NCBI GenBank assembly: GCA_018398765.1
Contig: JAHBMJ010000305.1
Location: forward strand, 1-50,523
Direction: 5' to 3'
DNA from: Chromera velia
Lineage: Eukaryota
DNA: 50,523 nt
Of the stretch, positions 23,072 to 34,284 are shown piece by piece (the stretch's first letter is position 1; each line of letters starts with the position of its first letter). The notes below the pieces were generated by a model. The model was not told the DNA's origin and searched no databases. It worked only from the letters and a program-made list of their open reading frames with translations. A program made the position numbers and the translations under genes.

Positions 23072-26000
23072 ATGAATTTGACAGTCGAAGATTTGCAAAT
23101 GGATAGAAGCAAACCGAGCCGAAAGAGTGCAAAGTTTGTAGAAGCATTGGTATGCCTCAAGACAGCACAAGCTGAATAAAGATGTGTGCCCCTAATGCTC
23201 TCTGCAACTCATCCTGAGGAACGTGCGGAAGTTCAGGGTGGTCAGTTTCTTTTGCCTGTCGTGTAAATTTCTGTTGCTCTTCCAATCTGGCAATCAAAGA
23301 TGCGTCTTCTCGGCTTCTTGATTTGCCCCAGTGTTCGTGACGTGTCCGTCCAGCAGTGCTGCACATTTTGCAGTCCCGCTTCTTGACCTCACGGGTGTCT
23401 GATTTCACCAGGCCAAGGCGGCAAACTGTCCATGCATTTGTGTGCAGGTGCCATTGGAGCATCTACGAAGTGCAGTAGAGAAAGCAGAGCGTGGGGGGAA
23501 GGGGAATGACCTCTTGCTGCTCGTCCGACTAGGCGCAGACTTGAATGCCCCTGACGTAAGTTCATGTCGTGACGCAGGTTTGTGCATGCTCCCCTGCGTG
23601 CAAATGCAACTGCACAAACGTAGCAAGGCAAAAGCAGGTCTCGCGCCCCCCCCTGCCCTCTCTCTTTGTGTGTTTGTGTAATTCGTGTGGATGCCTACGT
23701 GTTTGTCTGCATTGGATCCCAAACTTCCTTCCTCTTAATTTTCGATGGATGGATGCTCTTTTTCTGAAGAGATTATACATCAAAATAAACAGTAGAGATA
23801 TCTGGGAATGCAGTGTTTCAGAATGAATTCCTTGATGCTCCCGGTATGTCCCCTTTGAATGCTCTGCTGCTCCTTCCTCTTTTTGCAGGACGACAGTGGA
23901 GAAACAATTTTGCACTGGGCTGCACGGAAAGGTTTGGGGAAGGCTGCCAGACGGCTGATGAACTTTGGCGCAGAGGTGCAGGCCAACTCAAAGGTGGGTC
24001 ATTTTTCTTTCAACCGAGGGGGCATGTTGGAGAATTGGGGAGGATAGGGACTGTATTATCAGGATGCCCTGGGCAGACATTTCACCGTCACTCCTGCATT
24101 CACAGGCCAGGTCAATGGACCAATGCATGTACCACGGGGCTGGTGGCGGCTCAGTATGCGGATTTTTGAAGATTCTTTGTGCTGTTGGGACAGCAGATGC
24201 GTGTAGGTACCTGCGACTAGCAGCTTTTTCTTTTACAGTTCCGCTAGCGGAATGGTGTTTTTTGTATGTACGCAAAAACAAACCTGTATGTCCTTTCGAG
24301 TGAGACACCTCCGTTGAAGCATTCCTTCCCCTATCGGTTGGCTTATCTTCTGTCGGTTTGTTCGCGTGCAGACGAAGGCCACGCCCCTGTTCATCGCCTC
24401 TCAGTATGGACAAACGGACGTTGTGCGTGCCCTGCTGAAGGAGGGGAAGGCGAACATCGACGCTGCCATCAACGTGAGTGCATGGGAGGGGGGGCAGTGA
24501 GGGTCGTGATGGCGGGAGGGAGGAGTGAGGGGCTGTTGGAGAGAGCGTGATGGGTCTCGTTATGTCCATGCATCTTTTTCTCTCGTGCCCGCGCATGTGC
24601 GTGTGCGTGCAGACCGGGGCCACACCATTGCACGCAGCCGCCGTGAATGGCCGATTCGAAACTGTCGTGTTCCTCGTGAAAGAGGGGAAAGCGAACGTGG
24701 ATCAAACTGCAAACGTGAGTTTTAGGCGCATGACGCTGAAAGGATCGGTTCCTGTTTCAGACTTATTTCTGTCGGTGCGCTTGAGATCATTTGGAGCATT
24801 GCTTGTTGTTGTTTCACCTTTCTCTTCTCTTCCTGCGCTTCTTTGGACTTTTGCTTCCTATATGGTTAGTTTGTGTTTCTGTTTCTGCTCCCGAAAGACA
24901 GCAAGTGTCCGATCAGTTTTCACACCCAGTTTTCCCCTCGTATATTGATTTCTCTCTTCGTCTTCCTTCTTCTTCCTCTGTCTGGTGCATGCATGGACGC
25001 AGAACTCCTCTGTCTGGTGCATGCATGGACGCAGAACTCCTCTGTCTGGTGCATGCATGGACGCAGAACAAATCCACTCCGCTGCTCCAGGCAGCCATGA
25101 AGGGCTTCATTCGGATCGTGACGTTCCTTGTGAACGAGGGGAAGGCGAAAGTAGACATCCGAATGGACGTGAGTAGTCACAAGGAAGGAAGGAAGGAAGG
25201 AAGGAAGGAGAGGTTTTGTGTCGGCCTGTGTGCACTCATCAAGTTTCTTTCTTCCTGGATTAGTTCTACGATTGTTTTCTTTCGATCCTTCTTTTCTCTT
25301 TTTTGTTCCTCAGAACGAATACATGCCGAGGGGTCTTTCCACACCGTCTACTTCGTCAGGTCCGACTCAACAAACCGCCGGTCCAAAGAAAGAGACGGAG
25401 TAGCGCGTCGCCCTCTCCAGTACTCGCACATTCGCCACCCTGATGTGAGAGCCTCAGTTCAGTGTGTGTGACTGAGTGCACCCCTACTTGTCCCCCTCAG
25501 TTTGGGTTTCTCCTCCCATCTCTCTCTGTCTAGTTCATCACCGATCATATGGTGTGTTTGTTTACTGCGTGCAGGACGGAGCCACCCCTTTGTTAATTGC
25601 CACCATATTTGGGCACTTCGATGTGGTCTCGTTCCTGGTTAAGGAGGGAAAGGCAGATGTGAACTCGGGGTTGACGGTGAGTCGGTCGGAGTGCGGCGCA
25701 TGAAAGGATCAATCCCCTAGCTCGATCTGTGCTTTGCTTCCTTCCCTATTTTTGGCCTTCATTGGTGCGTGAACTGCCGCTGCCGTTCCCCTTCCGACGG
25801 CTCTGTCCATCTCTCTATGATCGAGACAGACTTTTCTTCTTCCGCTTTCCACTTTCTCCGTTCTCCTAGCTCTCTTGTCCAAAAACTACTTAATTGTCTT
25901 GCCTGCCGATGAAACCGGCGGTGTGTGTTTTATTTTCAGTACATAGCTACCGCTGAACGTTTTCTGTGTGACAGTCTTGCCCCGTGTCTCTCTTGATGTG

Positions 26001-28804
26001 CGCCCGACCATCTCTTCGTCTCTCTTGGTGCAGGACGGCACCTCACCTCTGTACATCGCTGCCTTGAGGGGCTACTCGGACATTGTCAGGTTCTATCTGA
26101 AGGAGAATGCGAAAGTGGAGCGCTGTGACATTGTCAGGAGCTGAAATGAATGAATGAATACGCGGGACGAGACCGCACTCTCAGCGAAGCATTCATTCGT
26201 CCACTCAATTGCACGCCCATTCTGTGAAGGGCCCGGAAAATGAAAAAACGGTCCACTTCGGGATGACAGGATTCTGTCCACCCCGCTTTGATTATTCGCG
26301 TGATGCTGCTGTCTGTCTGGCGGCACTCTTGGGCCGTGTGCATTGATCGGTCGCGTACCGGTTGTGTGTCCTCTCTCCTGACCTGTGTGGAGGAAGCATG
26401 AGGAAGCTCTCTCAGCTTCGCGTATGGCGTTTCAGGTTTCTCATTTCTGGTCTGTCTGTTCTCTGTTTTGCAGAATGGGGCCACGTCTCTCTCCGTTGCC
26501 GCCAAGAATGGCCAGGCTGAGGTCGTGAGGATACTGTTGAAGGAGGGCAGGGCGAAGGTCAACGCAGCTACACGCGTCAGTCCAGTCGTATGTTCGTGAG
26601 GTATCAATGACGTCTGTTTCAGTCAATTTTGGTGTCGCGATTCGGTTCGTGAACGATCCATGCAGCCCTCCTGGCTCACTCAGTGTGCTCAGACGGAAGC
26701 AGCCAGACCGATGCTCCCAGAGTCAGGCTTGTCGTTCTGTTGGTGTCCGTGCAGGTCGGGGCCACCCCCCTGTTCATTGCTGCCCAGAAGGGCGAGTTGG
26801 AAGTCGTGAAGCTCCTCGTGAAGGAGGGCAAGGCCGACGTGGACGCTGCAAATTTGGTCAGTCAGTGAGTGATAGCATGGAAAGGGAAGGGAAGGAAACG
26901 AATGAGGATGTTGACAAAGAAGGGTAACTGCAGTTGAATACGACTCTGTATCTGTGTGTTTGAGGTGATGTGAGGGGGTTTGAAATTCGTCGGTTGTTCT
27001 GGTCGCCTGCTTTGTCTGTCTGACAGACCCGCTCGCATACGCGTTCAAAGTTTGTCGCCTTTGTACCTGTCCGGCTTCTCCGATGTCTGTGTCTGCAAGC
27101 ATGAATGCCTTTCTGATTGCGAGCTCCGCCCTGTGCGATTCACCTTCTCCCTTCGTCCACATGCCTGCAAGCAGAAAGGGGCCACACCGCTTTTCGTCGC
27201 GACAGAGAAGAACCACGTGAGCGTTGTGTCCTTCCTTGTGAAGGATGCGAAGGCGAATGTCAACGTGTCTGTGCATGACCGGGTAGGTGCCCCCCGGTGG
27301 AAATAAATCGTGTGCACAATTGGATCATGGAGTGTCCAGTGTTTGTCTGTATCCACACTTCTTTTTCTCTTTGAATGGTGTTATGATTTCTTTTGTGCTG
27401 CTTCATTTTCCATTATTTTTCTGTGTACGTGGATTTGTGGTGTTTGTTGTCATGACGAGATGCATACCTTGATTTGAGTGCATTTCTTCTTCCACATGTG
27501 CTTCATGCTCTATTGCCGTAATGTTGTTATGCTTGCTCTGCTGCCAGAGCGGATCCACGGACGGCGCAACTCCCCTCTACAGCGCCGCCGAGAACGGACA
27601 CACGGAGATCGTCAGGATTCTTCTGAAGGGAAGCAACGCAGATGTGGAGGCTCCACGCAGGGTACGTGAGTTGAGCTGATTGAAGAAGTCGATGCGCACG
27701 ATTCGGTCTGTTTGTCGTCGATGCACAATCATTATTTGATCGATCTGCATGTGCATGTCCTCCCCCTAGCTTCTCCTGTTCCCTCCCTGTCGATCCTCCG
27801 CGCGATTTGTTTTTGTCTTCTGTTTAACAAGAGTCAGGTGACTTGCAAGAAGTCATGCAGATAAGCGAAGAAGAAGGAGAAGAAGAGGAAGAAGAAAGAC
27901 ATTTCGAGCAATTGATCGATTTCCTTCCTTTCCTTCACCTGATCGTCCCCCTGATCGTCCTCGTTTCCTTCTGTCTACCCCCACGCAGCACGGGACCACT
28001 CCATTGCTCATAGCCTGTGAGAATGGGCACTTGGATACCGTGCGTGTGCTTGTGAAGGAGGGGAAGGCGAACGTGGAAGCTCAGCGATACGTGAGCCGAA
28101 AGGGGAGGGGCAGCGAGCAAGGGGCAGGAGGGGCGGGGGGGATCCTGTTTTTGTATGCGGTGTGAGGCGACTCATATGCGTCTCTTGTATCTTTTTGCAT
28201 AAGTGCAGATGGGAGCAAGGCCGCTGCACGTGGCGGCCGTCAACGGTCACATCTCGGTCGTCAAATTCCTTGTCAAGGAGGGTGGGGCAAACGTCAACTC
28301 ATTGAACGTGAGTNGGGGGGGGGGGGGGGAGTATGGCGATTCTGGAAGAACGTTCCGGTCGGATGCGTATCCTTTGACTCATCTGTCTGTTCTTGAGGAA
28401 TCCACTTCACTCTATGCGCTACTTCATCTGTTTCTCTCTTTATTGACCCAAGCTTGATGCAGGACACTAATGACACCCCTCTGCACGTCTCTTCTACTTT
28501 GGACGTCGCCGAGTTCCTTGTGGGGGAGGGGGCGGACGTGAACGCTGTGGATGAAGTCAGTGTGCATTTATGTTGCAAGACGCACATTTGGAAGATGCGC
28601 GCGTGTTTCTAGAAAAGTGTAGATCGGTGTGAGGGTGTCCGTGCGTACCTTTTCGGTTCGCTGCCAGCTTTGTATCACTGTCTTTTTCATTGCGTCTCGA
28701 TCTCTGCGCAGCTCTTCAGTTGCGCAGCGGGGTCATGCCTGTGTTTTGCCGCTTCTTGCGTCTGTCTGTTCATGTGAATGGCCCCAATTGAATTGGGACT
28801 CTGC

Positions 28805-28839
<35 letters not shown>

Positions 28840-31440
28840 TGAGNGCAGATGGGAATCACACCTTTGCACATGGCAGCCGTGAACGGCCACTCAGAAGTCG
28901 CCTCTTTCTTGCTGAAGCAGAATGCAGACGTCGATGCGGTGACACTCGTCAGTGAGGGGGGGCACTGGTGTGTCTCTCTTCGTGCTTCTGTGACTGACAG
29001 TTTACTGATCCAGCACGCGCGTGACTTATTGTATTGAATGACCCTCCACCCGATAGGCAGCATTGCTCTTCTGTCTTCTGCATGCAGAAAGGGAAAAAAA
29101 AACAAAAAAACAGAAGTAAAAGCAAGCTTCTGTATGCAGGAAGGGAAACAAAAAAAGAAGTAAAAGCAAACTGCTGCATGCAGGAAGGGAAAAAAAAAAC
29201 AAAAAAACAGAAGTAAAAGCAAGCTTCTGTATGCAGAAAGGGAAACAAAAAAAGAAGTAAAAGCAAACTGCTGCATGCAGGAAGGAAAAAAAAACAAACA
29301 AAAAAACAGAAGTAAAAGCAAACTGCTGTATGCAGAAACGGAAACAAAAAAAGAAGTAAAAGCAAACTGCTGCATGCAGAAAGGGAAACAAAAACAGAAG
29401 TAAAAGCAAACTGCTGTATGCAGAAAGGGAAACAAAAACAGAAGTAAAAGCAAACTGCTGCATGCAGGAAGGGAAAAAAAAACAAAAAAACAGAAGTAAA
29501 AGCAAGCTTCTGAATGCAGAAAGGAAAAAAAAAAAAAAAAACAGAAGTAAAAGCAAGCTTCTGTATGCAGAAAGGGAAACAAAAAAATAAGTAAAAGCAA
29601 ACTGCTACATGAGGGAAGGAAAAAAAAAAAAAAGAAGTAAAAACAAGCTTCTGTATGCAGAAAGGGAAACAAAAAAAGAAGTAAAAGCAAACTGCTGCAT
29701 GCAGGAAGGGAAAAAAAAACAAAAAAACAGAAGTAAAAGCAAACTGCTGTATGCAGGAAGGGAAACAAAAAAATAAGTAAAAGCAAACTGCTGCATGCAG
29801 GAAGGGAAAAAAAAAACAAAAAAACAGAAGTAAAAGCAAGCTTCTGTATGCAGAAAGGGAAACAAAAAAAGAAGTAAAAGCAAACTGCTGCATGCAGGAA
29901 GGAAAAAAAAAAAAACAAAAAAACAGAAGTAAAAGCAAACTGCTGTATGCAGAAAGGGAAACAAAAAAAGAAGTAAAAGCAAACTGCTGCATGCAGAAAG
30001 GGAAACAAAAAAAGAAGTAAAAGCAAACTGCTGTATGCAGAAAGGGAAACAAAAAAAGAAGTAAAAGCAAACTGCTGCATGCAGGAAGGGAAATAAAAAA
30101 AGAAGAAGTAAAAGCAAGCTTCTGTATGCAGAAAAAGAAACAAAAAAATAAGTAAAAGCAAACTGCTACATGCAGGAAGGGAAAAAAAAAAACAAAAAAA
30201 CAGAAGTAAAAGCAAGCTTCTGTATGCAGAAAAAGAAACAAAAAAAGAAGTAAAAGCAAACTGCTACATGCAGGAAGGGAAAAAAAAACAAAAAAACAGA
30301 AGTAAAAACAAGCTTCTGTATGCAGAAAGGGAAACAAAAAAATAAGTAAAAGCAAACTGCTGCATGCAGAAAGGGAAAAAAAAACAAAAAAACAGAAGTA
30401 AAAGCAAGCTTCTGTATGCAGAAAGGCAAACAAAAAAATAAGTAAAAGCAAACTGCTGCATGCAGAAAGGGAAAAAAAAACAAAAAAAAACGAAGTAAAA
30501 GCAAACTGCTGCATGCAGGAAGGAAAAAAAAAACAAAAAAAACGAAGTAAAAGCAAACTGCTGTATGCAGAAAGGGAAACAAAAAAATAAGTAAAAGCAA
30601 ACTGCTGCATGCAGGAAGGGAAACAAAAAAAGAAGTAAAAGGAAACTGCTGCATGCAGGAAGGGAAACAAAAAAAGAAGTTAGAGCAAACTGCTGCATGC
30701 AGGAAGGGAAACAAAAAAAGAAGTAAAAGCAAACTGCTGCATGCAGGAAGGGAAAACACCGCTGATGCTCGCCGCCGCGTGTGGCCAAACGGGTGTCGTG
30801 AAGGTCCTCGTGTTGGAGGGCAACGCGGACATGTCAATTGGGTGCAATGTCAGTCAGTGGGTGGGTGGGTGAAGGCGTGGGGAGGGTCGAAGTTTGATTC
30901 TGCGTTTAGGAGAGCTGGTCTGCGTGTCTTGCCACCCATCACACACACGCGCACACGCACACTTGTGTGTCTGTGTGTGCCTGTGTGGATGCCGGGAATG
31001 TCTGCTTGACTTCTCTCTGTTGAAATCAATACTGTTTGGCACACGTTTCGTGTCCTTTCATTTCGTCTGCTCTCTCTGCAATGATTGTCTTTCTTCCCCT
31101 TGTCCCTGAAAGATCTCTTGGCACGTCTGAGCTTCGGTACTCTCTTTTCTTTTTGCATTGAGCCTTGGTCCTCTGCCTGACTGGATACGTGTTTTCTCAA
31201 TTGTCTGTTTCTTTGGCTTGGTCTGACAGGATGTTGGTTGTGCCTGTGAAGACAGACAGAACTGTTCGTGAGTCGTCCTGTTGTTGTTCGACGGTGATTG
31301 AAGTGATGTTTTGTTGCTATGCACGATGCACACGATCTCAGGATTGGACTGCGTACGAGTGTGCTCTGGAGAGAGGACACACGGAGACCGCGAATTTCAT
31401 CGCACAGGCTCGTGCGGAGAGGGTGCTGGATATCGATTAG
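23072..31440 (+). CDS. Multi-exon ankyrin-repeat protein, about 605 aa and 16 repeats
   Basis: Hand model, all introns GT-AG and phase 0: 23072-23149 (first exon tentative), 23448-23555, 23889-23993, 24372-24473, 24613-24714, 25067-25168, 25575-25676, 26034-26132, 26474-26575, 26755-26856, 27175-27282, 27548-27661, 27989-28090, 28209-28307, 28463-28555, 28849-28947, 30747-30848, 31342-31440 (TAG). Exons read G.TPL..A...G...VV.FL.KEGKA.V. Confidence 0.9.
24975..25069 (+). repeat. 3 x 32-bp tandem repeat spanning a splice acceptor
   Basis: CCTCTGTCTGGTGCATGCATGGACGCAGAAC(T) at 24975, 25007, 25039. Confidence 0.95.
29078..30755 (+). repeat. Intronic minisatellite, about 35 units of 44-55 bp
   Basis: Unit CTG(C/T)ATGCAG(G/A)AAGGGAAA-A-rich-GAAGTAAAAGCAA; units counted by the AAGTAAAA anchor. 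Confidence 0.97.
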
Positions 31441-31503
31441 ATGACAGTCGTCAATAGAGTCGTCATGCAGCCCCTGTAGGGACTCTAGTAGTAGGGAGCC
31501 CTA

Positions 31504-31744
31504 GGGGTGATCCCAATAGTTTTAATTTTTTAAATAAAGTGATGACGCCCCCTCTTTAACTGTAAACTTTAAAATTTTCCCTTTAAACACTTTAAAACTA
31601 CCGTGCAAAGAACGCTAGAAAAGTGCTGTTTTCTTTCAGTTCTAGTTCAAATTTTTCTTCTTTAAGTGTTTTAATGTTTTAAATTATTTATTTAAAGTGA
31701 AATGATCATCACTTTAATGTAAATAAATATATTGGGATCACCCT
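31504..31744. mobile_element. AT-rich MITE (about 240 bp) just 3' of the ankyrin gene
   Basis: TIR GGGTGATCCCAATA / TATTGGGATCACCC; flanks CTAG and TTAG. Confidence 0.75.
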
Positions 31745-32779
31745 TAGAGGGAGCCTGTTGTGGTATTTCTTTGACACCAGAGTGGCTGAGCTGCGAGAAG
31801 CGTGCACCTGGATATTGTAAACTAAATTGTTCAATGAGCTGGCTTACTACCCCCCCCAGGCTTAGTAACTTTTGAAATGCTAGAGTAAATGCCGTTCCTC
31901 ATAATTTCATTGGTACTCTTCCGGCCGGCTAGTATAGTTTAAGCAAAGGAAGAAGAAAGAATAAAACAAAGGAAGAAGTGATAAGTGATTTAGTGGTGCC
32001 CTTGAGCACTGCCGCCGCTTTGTCTTGTAGAGGTCGCCCCCGCAAACGGAAGGGGGGTGTGCCCCATCACTGAGGCTCAGACCACACCTCGTGGCCCACC
32101 TAGAATTTCTTCCAGGCCGTTTTCAATCAACCTTTTTATTGCACACACGCGGCTTCAGCCTTTGCATATGACGTTCTTCATACTTTACGTTTCTTTGTTC
32201 ACCAGAAAAGGCATGATCGTCAATTCATTATCACTCACATGATAAGATCAAAATCAAAAACCCCTTCATAGTTACTTTTTTGCTACTTGACAAATGGGAT
32301 AAAAAAGAGAATAGATGAACATCAGAAAAGTAAAAGAAACGAGATTGAAAGATTTAGTTTCTTTTGTTTGTCTCAGGCTAGGCTGTCTGTCTTCCATCTA
32401 TCTGAGCGGGTCGATTTTTCTTTGTTCCTTAACTTCCTTTCTTTTAAAGGAGCGATGGGCTTTGATACTCCTCTCTCTTCTGGTTGGGTCGGACTCCCTA
32501 CTTTTCCGATTGCACACTTAGTGATTGGCGACTCAATGATAAAAAAAGATCTGCTAAAAAAAAGAGATCACAACTGTCTATGCAAGTTCTTAAGCCTTCA
32601 TACTAGAGCTGAGCTTCCAATCGGTTCACCTTTCTTTTCCCTTTTCCGTATTTAGGCTAAGTAGCGAAACCCTTCTCTTCTTATTGGATCTCTTCTTTTT
32701 CCTTTCTTCCACTCAAGATGAGGCCCCCTTTACACAGAAACAGAGAGAAGGGAACAACAACTGTCGCTCTTATCTCACT

Positions 32780-32782
32780 CTT

Positions 32783-32831
<49 letters not shown>

Positions 32832-32848
32832 TTCTCTCTCTTTCAAAG

Positions 32849-32889
<41 letters not shown>

Positions 32890-32960
32890 CTTCTTTCTTT
32901 CTTTCTTTCTTTCTTTCTTTTTTCTTTTCTCTCTTTTTTTTTTTTTTCTCTCTTTCTCTC
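32780..32960. repeat. (CT)n/(CTTT)n/poly-T simple repeat
   Basis: Visible directly. Confidence 0.95.
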
Positions 32961-33317
32961 TTCCTCATAATTTAAATTTATTGGTACTCTTCCGGTCGGC
33001 TAGTATAGTTTAAGCAAAGGAAGGAGAAGGACTAAAACAAAGGAAAAAACGTTTGCGTTTGAATGAAAAAAAGCTTTTTTCAACTTTCTTCAAAGTTTCT
33101 TGTACGTTCTTTCATTTATGGCCTGAAAAACAGTCAATCAAGGGATGAAAAAACCTAATTAGATAACCTTATCATCATCATCATCATCATACGCCATCGC
33201 CATTGGCCTATAGTGGGCGTCTAGCGTTCGGTAAGATAACCTAGCCAGTAAAAAACTATATATATTTTTTTCAAGTTGCGTTCTATATAATATTTGTATT
33301 TTAAACCTAGTTTTAAG

Positions 33318-33587
33318 CATCTATGAGTCGGCAAGCTATTTAAAATAGTAAAAATAGTTGAAAAAATAGTAAAAATAGTTCAAATAGTTACTATTTTTAC
33401 TATTTGCTACGTTATATAGTAAAATAGTTAGAAAATGGTTAGCTATTTTTACTATTTTAATAGTAAAATAGTGCTATTTTACTATTAAAATAGTAAAAAT
33501 AGCTAACTATTATGAACTATTTTACTATTCGACGTAGCAATTTTTACTATTTTTACTATTTTGACATAACAAGCCGACTCATAGATG
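33318..33587. mobile_element. MITE (270 bp), CATCTATGAG-TIR family
   Basis: 15-bp perfect TIR CATCTATGAGTCGGC / GCCGACTCATAGATG; interior built from AAAATAGT/ACTATTTT; flanks AG and AA, so TSD imperfect. Confidence 0.8.
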
Positions 33588-33789
33588 AACTTGAAGTAAC
33601 TAAGTAATTTCAAACCCTTGATTAAGTCTAATTTAAGTCTATATGTAGACCTATTAAAATATAAATAGACGGAGTACATCATGATTCTTAATTATAGCTA
33701 GATCAAACGGTATGGACAAACATATATTTGTAAATATGCGCCTAGAACTTAGGCTAGAAGCCCTAGACTCTGGCCCTAGAGATACCTAG

Positions 33790-34284
33790 AGACACACAGA
33801 TAGACAAAAATATGCAGATCGAGTATGAAATCGACAGACAGACAAATTAACCCAAAGAGAGACAAAGAGAGAGACAGATAGACCAACAGATAGACAGATA
33901 TGCAGAAAGACAGATAGACAGCTCTGACAGCTAGCTACGCTAGATACACAGACAGATAGACAGCTAGACTTAGAGCTAGGGCCCATGGATGTCACAGAAA
34001 AAAAAACTAAATAAAAAAATATCTGAAAAATTGAGTTATGCAGACTTAGAGACAGACAGACACTGTCAGACAGCTAGGCGAATAGTCAACTAGACGGACA
34101 CTCATCAGAATAGACAGACAAACTCAGACCTAAACCTAAACCTAGACCTAGTCTCCTAAATCTAGACTCGGATCTAGACTCGGACAGACAAACAGGCAGA
34201 TCTAGAGGCAGATAAACAAATACTAGGACAAATAGACAGACAGACAGACAGACAAACAGACTGATAGACTGACTGACAGATAAA
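33790..34284. repeat. Degenerate (CAGA)n region, left part
   Basis: CAGA/TAGA repeats; continues at 38979 once the hAT element is removed. Confidence 0.8.

Noticed and set aside
29078..30755. CRISPR-like appearance (constant 24-nt core with variable spacing)
   Set aside because: The intervening sequences are near-identical A-runs rather than unique spacers; no cas genes; eukaryotic intron context.
28770..30837. Long minus-strand ORFs (481 and 573 aa, Phe/Leu/Cys-rich)
   Set aside because: Translations of the T-rich strand of the minisatellite, antisense to the ankyrin gene; open in several frames because stop codons are rare in that composition.
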